Assembly (NCBI RefSeq): GCF_009914755.1
Contig: NC_060925.1
DNA: 64,000 nt
From: the human T2T-CHM13v2.0 reference genome, Homo sapiens
Strand: one strand, 5' to 3'
The position numbers and the translations under genes were made by a program. Position 1 is the stretch's first letter; the number at the start of each line of letters is the position of its first letter. The notes beneath the pieces are model-generated. The model worked only from the letters and a program-made list of their open reading frames with translations, had not been told where the DNA came from and searched no databases. Shown here piece after piece: positions 46,557 to 64,000 of the stretch.

Positions 46557-48279
46557 TATATAATGTACAAAAACAGACAAAACTGACTGATGCTGTTAGA
46601 AGTCAGGTTAGTGGTTATCCTGGAATGAGACAAGAAGAGGTTCTGGGTGTTGGTTATGTGGGGATATCAGAAGATTCATCAAATGGTACTTGTATGATAT
46701 TTGCACTTTTCTGGATATAGCTTATACTATATAAGTTGGGTTTTTTTTTTTAAGTAATAAGTGGCAGAATAGAGGATAAACCCAAACCTGCTGACTGCCA
46801 CCCCACAACTCATTCTATATGATGCTGTCTGGAAAAAGAAATGAATGAAGCAGAAATCCATCACCATGATAACAGTCTCCCTGCACAGGGTCTCCCCTGG
46901 CCAGACCCTCAGCTCAACACATGTCCTCACAGCAGCCCTGTGAGTGAGCTATTAATGTCCCTATTTCACAGAGGACAAGTTCAGGTTAGGGAAGTGAACC
47001 AAGAATTCCAATGTTTTGTGGCTCGGAATGAGTGGCTCTTGGGATTCAAACTAGGAAGGCCTGTCCACAAAGCTTGGCCAGATGCTTCCCAGATTTCAGC
47101 ATTTGAGGACAACATTCATGAATTTAGCCATACTGGCATTCCAGAGATGCTATTAAAAATTTTTTTTCTCCAAATAGACTTATTTTTACATTTAAATAAA
47201 TGAATTTAAAAGAAAACTGTGTTACTAGCTTGAAATAGAAGGGAAATGGGAGGTAGCTGTAAAAAGAGATACAATGAAAACAAAATGTTGCTAAAATCTC
47301 TCCCAGATATGGCAGTCTGAGGTTTTCTCTGCTATTCAAAAGAGTGGTTAACAAGAGCTAGAAGGGTGCAGAGATTCTCAGCCCAAGTGGGGACTTTCTT
47401 TTCTCCCTGATGTAATCAAAGGACTGAGAATTGAAAAAGAGTATCTGCAACTGCATGATTCAATGCCATTTCAGTGTGCCTTCCCATCACTTAAAAATCC
47501 CACAGTTTGTGGGAAATGCTCCATCCTGGCTCTGATCACAGCATCTGACTCAGTCACATATGCTCATCTGAATAGGAAATTGGGAAATATTGTTTGTGGA
47601 ATTAATGCAAAGTCAACTGACTTGCCCAATGCCACCAAGTAGCTAATCCACAGTTCCCATTAAGTGCTGTGACTTTGCACTTAATCCTCTCTCCATCTTT
47701 CCATTACATAGAGATGTCCCCATACTGATGCAGCATCAGTCATCATAAAGAACGGGGCTATGTTCTATTGCTAAATCTGCACAGCAACCCTGTGACATAG
47801 GACTTATTTTCCCATTTTACAGATAGAAAACTGAGATTTAGGGAGTTTGAGTACCAGGACTAAGGCTGCATGACTGGCTTCACCACTGGTGAAGCCCACG
47901 CCTTTTACTCTCAGCAAACCAAAGACTTCCGGAAGAGAGATCATCACTGTCACTATGCCCTTCCCTTTGCCTGGGTCCTGCAAAGGCAAGAGGATAACTG
48001 CTTCTTGGTCCTCAACTCACTCACCCTGATGAGAGTTGACTTGCAGGGATGTGCTGGAGCCAGTTCCCATAGGCTCAGTGGGCTGATTGTTCTCATCTCT
48101 TCCCAAGTCCATGTGCAGTGACGTCTCCTTGATAGCTTGAACTCAGTCATGTGGGAAGCGTTTGTACCATAGAAATTGCAAGTGCTACCAATCAAGGCTT
48201 TATTTTCTTGGAAAGCCAGTTGTTAAGTTAATCCTCTACCAGCAAACCACTGATTGGCTTTTTCTTTTTTGGCTATAGG

Positions 48280-48470
48280 TCAGTGGTTCTAAAACTTGAG
48301 CTTGCAAGAGAACACTTGTGGGGCTTGTTCAAACATGGACTGATAGGTCCCACCCCCAGATTTCTAACTGGGTAGGTCTGGGGTGGGGCCGTAGGTAGGG
48401 CTTGCATTTCTAACAAGTTTCCAAGTGATGCAGGTGCTGTGGAGAACCAATGCTTCCAGAGAACCACAGA
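48280..48470. mobile_element. MER5-family DNA transposon
   Basis: cagtggttct..aaactt...gtaggtctggggtggggcc...tgcatttctaacaag. Confidence 0.75.
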
Positions 48471-48912
48471 ATCACAGAATTGGGAATCTAGGCAGCCCAC
48501 AAGCAGAATTTAGCCACACAGTGTTACTAACAATCTTGAATTTTCTGCCAGTACTTGGGAGAGCACATGCAAAACTCTAGATTTTGAGCTCTTGAGAAGT
48601 CATTGGATCTGGCAACACTGAGCCTGGGTCCCTGCACTGTGATGGTGGGTGCAAGCTGAAGAGCTCCCTTCCTTCACTGGCTTTTTTTTTTTCTAACTTC
48701 CCCTGCCTGTTCTCTACAGGCATCTGAGTAGGACCTTGCTAGGTCAAGTCCTCATCTTACAGAGGGGAACTCTCAGGCCCAGAGACAGGAAAGGTTCTGC
48801 TTAGAATTGCACAGTTATTAAGACAGTGGCAGACACATCACTGGAACCCATTACAGAGGCACCTTGCTTCACACAGCTCATCCCCTCCTCATCCCAAGCA
48901 AGGATGTCTCAC

Positions 48913-49082
48913 CCACTGATATGTGATCCCTATAATTTGGGGCTATGGTTGTCTCTGTAGAAGGCATCCAAGAACCGGAAGGAACCCCAGCGCCTCCATG
49001 ATTTCTCTGAGACACGTCCAAACACATCAGCTCCTCATCACCTGCTTCAGCCATTTTTACAGCCAGGTTCCAGCCGGGTGAC
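48913..49082 (-). other. RHCE: 170-nt cryptic/alternative exon in RHCE intron 7 (IVS7+918..+1087)
   Basis: Acceptor ccaag| from a MIR core, donor TGG|gtgaga; stop-free in frame with exon 7; corresponds from recall to the 170-nt intron-7 insert of RHD splice isoforms. Confidence 0.7.
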
Positions 49083-49999
49083 CTTGGGCAGATAACTTCT
49101 CTTAAATCTCATTTCTTAGAGTCTGAGAATACCTCAGTAGGCGGTTGTGAGAATTCAAGGAGATAATGCATATAATGGTTTCTAGCACAATGCCCAACAC
49201 TTTTAAAGCAGTCAATAACAGTAGTAAATGTTATCAGTGAATATGATTATCATCATGCTATCAGTTCATCTCTAAAAATCTATCCCTATATCGTGCCCAA
49301 TTCACTTTTTCATTTTATATAAGCCATGTCCAGAAAATATTCACACAACATCCAGGAAGTAATGGCTAGGGCTCTGGTGTGTCAAACTGACCATTGCTGT
49401 CCACTGTCTAGGGGCCACAGGACCTACCTCTGGTCTGGAGGCCCACATTCCCACCTCACAGTGAGACCTCAGCCGAGGCCCACCCTTCTCTGGGCCTCAG
49501 GGATGGGTTGTGCTTAGCATGTCCCTGCATTAGCTTATTAAATCCAGTAGCATCCCAACAGCCCTGTGAGGGGAGATAGTATCCTTATCTCCATTTACAA
49601 GGGGGCGACTGAGGCTGAGAAAGGTTAAGCCGCATGCCCAGCTAGTACGCAGTGGGAGCACGTCCACAGCAAAGCTCTGCATCACGACCTGAACCACAGT
49701 CTCAATTGGCTTGGGCCTATTTGACCTGCTCTGTGTTTGTGGGGTCACAGAAGATTTCGTGTCTTTGGTCTATACCTAGGTGGTCCTATTTGGAAAGAAG
49801 AGGTGGCCTGGAGAGGTGATAAATCCATCCAAGGTAGGGGCTGGACATAATTTCTGAATAAATCAGCCAACAAATATTCACCGAAGCCTACTGAGCACCT
49901 GGCCCCGAGTGCACACGCCCCAGCTAAGGACTCTGCACACATTTCTTCCTGAGTTGGAGGGGAGTGTTAAGGGGATGGGGGGTAAGCCCAGTGACCCAC

Positions 50000-50133
50000 A
50001 TGCCATTGCCGTTCCAGACAGTATGAAGCACCAGCAGCACAATGTAGGTGATCTCTCCAAGCAGACCCAGCAAGCTGAAGATGGAGTGCATGACGGAGAT
50101 GTGGTGAATCCCCAGCACTCGGTTACAACACAC
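50000..50133 (-). CDS. RHCE: RHCE exon 7
   Basis: VCCNRVLGIHHISVMHSIFSLLGLLGEITYIVLLVLHTVWNGNG(M); CE-type residues; 134 nt. Confidence 0.97.
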
Positions 50134-50264
50134 CTGTGGACAAGTGTTATTATAAGCAGATTGGCAGGTGAGACCCATATTCCCTACCCACCCCTTTCAC
50201 ACACCCTTGGTATCCGGCGCCACCAAATGGGGATGGGCACTAAGGCTCACCTCAAAGAAGCCCT

Positions 50265-50616
50265 TCTCAGACTTGAATGTGTACTCACATCAATGGGGAG
50301 TTTGTTGAAATGAAGAGCTGGCTTTAGTGGATGTGGGGTGGGGTCTAAGAGCATTTCTAACAAGGTCCCAGGTGATGCCAATGCTGCTCATCTACGGACC
50401 ACACTATGAGTAGCAAGGGTCTAGTGTAGGCACTATTCACAATTTCAGCTGATAATTCCTTGTGATGGGGGCTGCCCTGTGCACTGTAGGATGTTAAGCA
50501 TCATTCCTGGTCTCTCCCCACGAGCTGCCAGTAGCAGCCCTCACCCCACTGTGTCAACCAAGAACGCCTCCAGACATTGTCAGATGTCCCCTGGGGGGTG
50601 ACCAAGACCCACTGGT
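50265..50616. mobile_element. MER5B-like element followed by MER20 (-)
   Basis: gcatttctaacaag.tcccaggtgatgc...accacact.tgagtagcaagg, then gataattc..tgtgatgggggctgccctgtgcactgtaggatgtt. Confidence 0.7.
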
Positions 50617-50814
50617 CTAGCCCAAATTTAAGCACCATCCCAAAGACAACACAGCTGGTTAGAAAGAAAGCATGAGGCCACACCTCTAGATCCCTACTCA
50701 GTAATCCTTCCTCCCCATCACTCAGCCTCCCACACAGCCATGAGCCAGCAGATGTGGACACATATGCAAATTCAGTCAGGCTGGTTCCTTCCTTAGGATC
50801 CCCATTAGTCTTCA

Positions 50815-50961
<147 letters not shown>

Positions 50962-51110
50962 TTAGCTGGGCGTGGTGGAGGGCGCCTGTAGTCCCAGCTA
51001 CTCAGGAGGCTGAGGCAGGAGAATGGTGTGAACCCGGGAGGCAGAGCTTGCAGTAAGCCAAGATGGCGCCACTGCACTCCAGCCTGGGCAAAAGAGCGAG
51101 ACACCGTCTC

Positions 51111-51128
51111 AACAACAACAACAACAAC

Positions 51129-51167
<39 letters not shown>
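51111..51167. repeat. Compound (AAC)n-(AC)n microsatellite in the tail of a nested Alu (Alu cluster ~50828-51345)
   Basis: Direct reading. Confidence 0.93.
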
Positions 51168-51170
<3 letters not shown>

Positions 51171-51209
51171 TTAGCCAGGCATGGTGGTGGGCACCTGTAA
51201 TCCCAGCTA

Positions 51210-51357
<148 letters not shown>

Positions 51358-52110
51358 TCAACTAGCCCAGGAAGTGTGCCTGAGCACCTCCCATCTTTCA
51401 GGGATCTGGGTTCACCATGCTCCTGGGTGGACCCTATGCCTTCAGAATGTCTGTTTCCTGGTTGGGCCACACACTCTTCTTACCAATAAGCTTTCATACA
51501 CACTGTGCCTTCTGCCTGGAATACATTCCCCATGTCTCTGCCTGGCTAATACTACTTCTCTGTCAACACTTGGCTGTCAACCGTTTCCTCTGCTCCAGGA
51601 AGCATTTCCGGACCCATCCCAGGCTAGCTCAGATGTGCCCTGTAGCTGTTCTCACACTGTATTCTGTGTATCCATTTCGCTCACTAAACTATAGCTTGAA
51701 AAGCAAGATGAGTGTTAAAACGTATGTGTTGAATGAAGGAATGATGAATGAATGAATATATGAATGAATGAGGGAATCATTTTTGAATAGTCCTGCCAGT
51801 GATGAAGTCAAGGAAACAAGCTCAGGGAATGCGATGGGCGCTGAGCCTGATGGTAACTTGCTATGTGTTCTTTTTTCTGCCCTTCCTCCTTTCATTTCAG
51901 GGTTTCAAAGCCAGAGGAGATAAAAGAAATTTGTTCCCCTTGCAAAGATGAAAATCAGATTTGCCCTGGTTTTGGTCAATCGAAGTATTGATACGTTTTT
52001 CCTTATTTATTTTATTTTATTTTTTAATGACCTCCAGTTCCATCCATGTTGCTGCAAATGACAGGATTTCATTCTTTTTATGGCTAAATAATATTCCACT
52101 CTGTATATAA

Positions 52111-52233
<123 letters not shown>

Positions 52234-53264
52234 TGAGTAGCTAAGATGACAGGTGCCCGCCACCACGCCTGGCTAATTTTTGTACTTTTAGTAGAGATGG
52301 TTTCACCATGTTGGCCAGGCTGGTCTTGAACTCCTGACCTCAGGCCATCTGCCCGCCTCGGCCTCCCAAAGCGCGTGAGCCACTGCGCCCAGCCAGTTTT
52401 TCCTAATTTTAGGTTGGAATGCACTCCCTGAATAGCCCCTGTTCATCCAAATCCAGCCTTCGAAAATCTACTCCTTTTTCCTCCATCAAGTCTTCAAACC
52501 CATGAAGATTTGTTGTCCCTAAATATTTCTCTTAGAGAAGCACATTATAACCAATTGGCTATAATGAAGTATTCTGGAACGATCAGGATTTGCTGAGTAT
52601 TGGAGAAAGATCCATCCACTTAGAAGAAGAATTAAACAATCAGAAGTGGACACGACCTGGACCATCAGCCCAGCACTCCCTCTTCTGGGTGCTGCTCCTC
52701 TCACATCATCCACGTGGTTCCCCGGCAGCAGCCACATATGCACGATGTGCCCACCCCCAGCTGAAGACAACATTATCCAAGTTAAACCAAAGAGCCCCTT
52801 CTCCAGAGAATTTGGGATTGGGGCCAAGAGATTCCATCCACCAGGCTGCTTTCTTGAAGCAAAAGACTACACCCCACAATGTGGGGTGAAAGAGGAGGAA
52901 GCAGGTCTATAGAGTAAGAATAAAGCAGATATTCAGGAAAAGCAAAGAAAGAAGTAAAACAGGGGCTTCTGGGCTCCCCACAACACTCCAGTCCCTGTCC
53001 TTGAGTTCTGTGACACCCCTGTAGCCTGGTAACAAATTCTCCCCAGTGCCCAAGCAAGCTCAAATGGGTTCTGCCACCTGCTCCCCAGCATCTTAACAAA
53101 TGTGCCACCGAGCCAGGATGGATCCCTCGCTAGGCGTTGAAGCCAATAAGAGAATGCACCAACACCTGCCTAATGCAGCTGTGCACTGCACAGTGGCCCA
53201 TCAGGTCCCAGCGTCCTGCTGGCCTTCAGCCAAAGCAGAGAGCATTAGTTGTCTAGTTTCTTAC

Positions 53265-53402
53265 CGGCAGGCACTTGGCTCCCCCGATGGAGATCAGCCC
53301 AGCCACAAGACCCAGCACCATGGCAAGCCACGGAGAAGGGATCAGGTGACACGAGGTACCCACAGCCACGCCTCCTGCCAACACCGCACTGTGCACATAA
53401 GT
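53265..53402 (-). CDS. RHCE: RHCE exon 6
   Basis: TYVHSAVLAGGVAVGTSCHLIPSPWLAMVLGLVAGLISIGGAKCLP; Ile306 and Cys311 are CE-type; 138 nt. Confidence 0.97.
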
Positions 53403-55037
53403 CTGCAAAGAAATAGCGTGTGGGTAAAGGAAGCAAGGTAGAGAGAGAACACCATCTTGCTGCAAGTGACCAGCACGCTGGGAACAAGGCAACCCTGTAA
53501 CATCCTCCCTGCTTTGCTGATCCTGAAACCACCTCTCCCCTGTGTTGGGGCTACGTGTCCTTCATCAGTGGACACGGTGGGCCAGCTCACTACTGCCTCT
53601 TAGGCTCAGGGCACAGTTACCCTGATTGTGCAGCATTTAGGGAATGAGCTGGGAAGTCCAGGTGCTCAGCATCCTAGGCACCCATCACACTCATTAGTGG
53701 TGTGTCCCTGGACAGCGGGAAGAATGGGTTTTTGTTTTATTTTTTAGAGACAGGGTCTTGCTATGTTGCCTGGGCTGGTCTTGAACTCCTGGCCTCAACC
53801 AATCCTCTTGCCTCAGCTTTCCAAAATATTGGGATTACAGGTGTGAGCCACTGCACCTGGCCTAGAAGAATGGGGTTTTGGATGTACCTTCTTCATAAGG
53901 TTATTGTAAGGATTAAATGAGTTTCCACATATAAAGCTCTTAGTCCAGTGTCTGGCATAGAACATGAATAAATGCCCAATAGACATAAATCATTGTTATT
54001 GTTTTTATTATTATTATTGGCTACTTGGTGCCTGTGCCACCCTGTGTGACTGGTCCCAGTTCCAATAAGCTGGGCCTTGTTCCTGGGTTATAGCTCTGCT
54101 ATGTCCTTCACTACTCCAGAACCGGAGCCTTGCCTTGCTCTTATCTGACACCCTCAGCTCTCACCTAGGTTTAGCCTCTGAGCTTCCCTGAGCTGACACC
54201 CACTCCTGCCTTGCTAGGTGTCTTAGACTTTCTGTCACCATGGAACTCATGGCCACTCACTTCCTCTTAGCACTGAATTCTGCTGTGAAGCTGTCATCTG
54301 TGGCCACATTCTTTCCACTCCAGCCCCCCCAGTGCCTCCCACCCGAGCCCCACCACTGGTCTGTCCAGACTTCCCTCCGACACCACCAGCTGGACCCCCT
54401 GCCCCCATCATCATGAGAACTTGTTTTGTCTCCCCTCTCACCCATCTCTGCCCACAAGACTCACACACACCATTGTCTCTCTGTACTAATAGCAGCAGCT
54501 AATGTTTGCCTACCATTTACTCCCCGTTAAGCACTTTACATGCACCATCTCTTAATTCTCACTTTACAGATGAGGCCACTGAGACTCAAAACGTTGAAGT
54601 GGCTTGACCAGAGCCACATGGCTAGTGTCACATACTTCTCTACTTCTGATTCTGATGGTTCCATTCTTGAAATTTGTTGGGGGGAAGAGAGAGGCTGGCT
54701 AATTCTAGTCTAGTCTGTTGCTGCTGACTCTCGCTCATGGTGACTGACTTGAGCAACTAGCAGAAACGGGGTTCAAACTCAGGTCTGTTTCATGTTAGCA
54801 TGGATGGATTTAATCACTCCCCCCAGAAAGCCTTTGATCACTGGACAGTCTCCTGAGTCCCAGGCCCCCTGTGACCACCCAGCATTCTTCCTAGAGCTCC
54901 ACTGTAGAGGCAGGCACAGCTCCACCACCCGGCATGCCCTCTCCCAACCCACGCTGGCCCTGGGGTGGGGAGGGGCATAAATATGTGTGCTAGTCCTGTT
55001 AGACCCAAGTGCTGCCCAAGGGCAGCGCCCTGCTCAC

Positions 55038-55204
55038 CATGCTGATCTTCCTTTGGGGGTGAGCCAAGGATGACCCTGAGATGGCTGTCACCACACTGAC
55101 TGCTAGAGCATAGTAGGTGTTGAACATGGCATTCTTCCTTTGGATTGGACTTCTCAGCAGAGCAGAGTTGACACTTGGCCAGAACATCCACAAGAAGAGG
55201 GCGC
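55038..55204 (-). CDS. RHCE: RHCE exon 5 (Ala226, e antigen)
   Basis: [55 protein letters not shown]; c.676G at 55163; 167 nt. Confidence 0.97.
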
Positions 55205-55452
55205 CTGGGGGCCAGAGAGGGTGGTTGGCCAGAATCACACTCCTGCTCCAAAGGTCTGAGCCTCGAGGGGTTTTGGATGAGAATCCTAGGGCTGGAGAGT
55301 CTCAGCCTTGTCACTTAGAGTTAGATGGGGAAGTCACGTCTCCCCTCCGAGCTCTCAAGCTGATACCAGCTAACCACATTTTACAGACAAGGAAACAAAG
55401 GCCAAGAGGGTTGAAATCTGCATACCCCAGGCCTCCTGAACCTGCTCTGTGA

Positions 55453-55797
<345 letters not shown>

Positions 55798-56282
55798 TAA
55801 TGAATGTGCTGCTTTAACTTGACCCCGTGGCCTGATAGTCCTTTGCCTACTATCAAGCTCACTGCCCGATTTTCTATTAGCCTCTCCCAGCAGTCTAAGT
55901 TCATCATTTTCCCAGTAGATTTTCAAAGTACAACATTATTACTATTCCCACCCTTGTTCCTTCACTCCTGGGCCCTACCTTCTTCACTTGTCCGTTTCCC
56001 TCCTTTCAGTTGAAAACAAAGGGATTGGATAAACTTATTGAAACTCACACATAATGAGTCTCTCCTTTCTAGTGGATATTAATGAAGAGAGGTCCCTAAA
56101 AGGAAGTGCTTAATTCAAAGGTATGAATTTAGCAAACACTACTCAAAGAAGTGAATCATGATGGAAGGGCTTCAGACACCCAGGGGAAGTTGGTAAAGGA
56201 GGGAGATTTTTTCAGCCAGAGCCTTTTCTGAGCCATTCTGCTCAGCCCAAGTATGAGACCACTCACCCCACCTTGTCCTTAC

Positions 56283-56430
56283 CCAGCATGGCAGACAAAC
56301 TGGGTATCGTTGCTCTCTGATCATTATCCTCCGTTCCCTTGGGTAGAGGCTTTGGCAGGCACCAGGCCACAGTCAGCCCAAAATAGGCTGCGAACACGTA
56401 GAAGTGCCTCAGGTTCATGTGGTAGTCTGT
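56283..56430 (-). CDS. RHCE: RHCE exon 4
   Basis: TDYHMNLRHFYVFAAYFGLTVAWCLPKPLPKGTEDNDQRATIPSLSAML(G); CE-type residues; 148 nt. Confidence 0.97.
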
Positions 56431-56539
56431 CTGCAATAAAACCCAGTAAGAGCAGTGAGTGTCGGCATCCTCTGCCCAGGGGAAAGCCCTGATGGTCCTT
56501 GGAGAAAGTTCAGAGCTTCACTTAGGAGGTGTGACTTGA

Positions 56540-58600
<2,061 letters not shown>

Positions 58601-59949
58601 TGACAATTCTAAACAGCATGGGTGGTAAATAGCCCTCCCAGCACCCTGCCATTGTTCTGCCGCTGTTCTCAGGTACCCATGTGGCTTGTGCACTCGTTAC
58701 CTTCAGGTCTGTACTCAAAAAAAATCACCCCCTTGATGAGATGAAGCTGCCCCTGGCCACCCCCTCAAACAGTTGTCCTCTCTCCCCAACTTTTCGTGTT
58801 TCTTTTCTCCATTTTATTTTTCTCTGTGGTACTTACCACTCTCTAACATGCTATATCTTTTGCCTATTTTATTGCTTATTGGCAGTCTTTCCTTCTGGAA
58901 CAGATGTTCCACGAGAGTTGTATTTTCCACTGCCACAAGAGTGCCTGGTATATAGTAAATACCAAATAAATATCTGTGAAGTGAACAAATGATGGTAAAA
59001 AGCCCTCAGTCATACATAAAGAGGAAAGTCTATGCAGTTTCCTGATAAGAACTGAAAAGCGGGCTTGCGTTTTTCATCTCTTTGAGCTCCACCAGGAAGG
59101 ACTTCAGAAAGAACACTTGGGGATTCTTGGCCTGGAATATTCATTTCTTGAGCTGGTGCACTGAAATGACTCTGGTCCCTGGCTCTGGTTCCCCCGAGCC
59201 CTCCTGCTGAAGAAACCCAGGCTGAATTGAAGTTTTGAGGAAAATGAATACTGAAAATCAGTGCTAAGCCCTCCTCTAGACCAGTTAAGCTAGCAAGTCA
59301 AAGATGCAGAGAAGAGAGATGATGTTATATCAATGCAGTCTTTTAAAGCAATCGTTATGAAGACTGCAACAAAGCAGGAAGAGGTTCGGGCTCACAGGGA
59401 GTGTTCTGCCTCTGAAATTTACTCCTCTTCTTGACAGCCATGTTTTTACTGTGTGAACTATTTCCCATGCCAGCTGTAGCTGCTTGGACCAGAGTGGAAA
59501 AATGACCCAGGGGACTGATCAGATTCTCTCTCCCTGGACTACAGAATTGAGACTAACTGAGAGAAAAGAGTTGTTTTCTGCAGGATCTGGGACATAGAAA
59601 TGCAGGAACAAGTGGAGGTGGATGGGTGGGTGGAGGGGACACGTTTTTCGCTAAAGAGAAAGCTGGTGTACAGAGATGTTAGATGTACAGAGAGAATCAG
59701 AGCCAAAAGATGGAGAGCACAGACTACCTGGGATCTCAGTGGCTTCTCATAGTCAGTTCTAGTGCCCTCCTGAGTCTGGCAGCACTTCCTGCCCTTGGAG
59801 GTTCTTTTTGTTTGTTTGTTTTTTAAAACTGTCCATACTACACAGATACACCTTTATGGTTCTTACACTGAATTCTCTTCATTCCACCTAAGAAAGCTCT
59901 GGTGACATTTTCTTCCTGGGAATCAGGGAGTTCTCATTAATCCTTATAT

Positions 59950-61875
<1,926 letters not shown>

Positions 61876-62986
61876 TCACACTCTCCCTTTCTTGCTGCGG
61901 TCTCAGCCTCCTGGCCGCCCCTTGGTCACTGATGATGTCAGTTCCTGCCCTTCAGCCTTTCTCTCCATCATTCTTCCACAAATGATCTTAGTCCACCCAA
62001 CTCCTTCCCTCTCGGCTCCTTGACCGCTCGTCTCTTTCCCTGCGTTACACTTCTGCCACCCACTGTCAAGCCTTAGACCTTGTCATTACCAGTAACTGTT
62101 GCCTCCGAAGCCTCAGTTTCAAGCATCGCACCTGATAACCACCACCACCTCCTATCTGTCCGGCTCACTTCCTTAAATTGCCTCCCTTCAGCAGCTCCAA
62201 TCAACGCAGCCTGAGAACAATGGTGATGATGAAAATAACAGCACTGCCGCAACACTTACCCCATGCCAGGCACTGTCCTAAATGCTTTAGAACAGTGTTC
62301 AAAATTGAACAAGTGTTCGGTCACTTGTTCAATCCTCACAACAGCCCTAGGAAGTAGCCTTATTCTTATCCCCATTCTATAGATAGGGAAACTGAGGCAC
62401 AGAGAGGTCAACGAAGGGGCCCAAATGGATTCAGCTAGTGTGGGTTGAGCTGAGATGTGTACCCAGGCTGCCAGGCTGGGCTCCCCATTTTCACTCTCTC
62501 TCCTTTCTTAACCAGCTCAGATTTTGTGGGCTACTGTTATACTTCCTCCTTTGCAAACAGCCCCATCTCTGGTCTCCCTTGGGCTTTGGGCTCACTCTGG
62601 GCAGCACTCCAGGCTGGGCAAGTTCAACTCTGCTTCTTCCACACCTGCCTGGAGCAGCTGCACACAGCCCTGGTCACTGATGCACTTTCCACCAACTACA
62701 AGCCCTAGGGACCCTGGTGCCAGCCTGCAGTCCCGCTGCACCCCTGCAGCCCTCTCACTCTCTTCCACTCCCACAGATGACCATACCACACTTTCCCTCT
62801 CCGCAAACCCCATCCCTCCTTCCCACCCTCACATGAGGCTGATGACGGTGCCTCTTGTTTCTCTGAGAAAATACAAGGAATTAGTAAGGCATTTTCTCCT
62901 CTCCCTGCAGGAGACTGAACCTGTGGCACCCGCCACCAAATCTGCCGGCCTATTCACAGTCCCTGCCATTTCTCTCGTTAAGATGA

Positions 62987-64000
<1,014 letters not shown>

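Noticed and set aside
49909-50313. ORFs antisense to RHCE exons (also 53100-53441 and 55117-55452)
   Set aside because: Shadow frames of real coding exons, with no independent gene signals

Overview
Human genomic DNA from the RH blood-group locus (1p36.11). In order: the 3' end of a downstream-type Rhesus box running into a CpG-island promoter; the complete TMEM50A (SMP1) gene on the + strand (7 exons, spliced CDS 474 nt = 157 aa, all junctions GT-AG); and, tail-to-tail with it on the - strand, RHCE exons 10 to 4. Every discriminating codon checked is RHCE-type, and Ala226 marks an e allele. C/c status cannot be read because exons 1-3 lie outside the window. RHCE intron 3 carries an SDHD retrocopy whose 159-codon ORF is fully open. 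The introns are very Alu-rich and also hold L1/L2/MIR fragments, MER DNA transposons, a solo LTR6, a solo THE1/MST LTR, a two-LTR MaLR provirus, and U6 and U13 retro-fragments. This is a well-studied locus and I see no clearly new gene family. The best leads are: (i) TMEM50A exon 2-3 and exon 2-6 circles that would have stop-free, endless reading frames; (ii) a 170-nt RHCE intron-7 cryptic exon with the same splice phases as exon 8; (iii) the intact SDHD retrocopy with a strong splice acceptor just upstream; (iv) interleaved convergent poly(A) signals; (v) a GATA-rich LTR antisense within RHCE. Repeat subfamily names and reference protein comparisons are from recall and were not searched.
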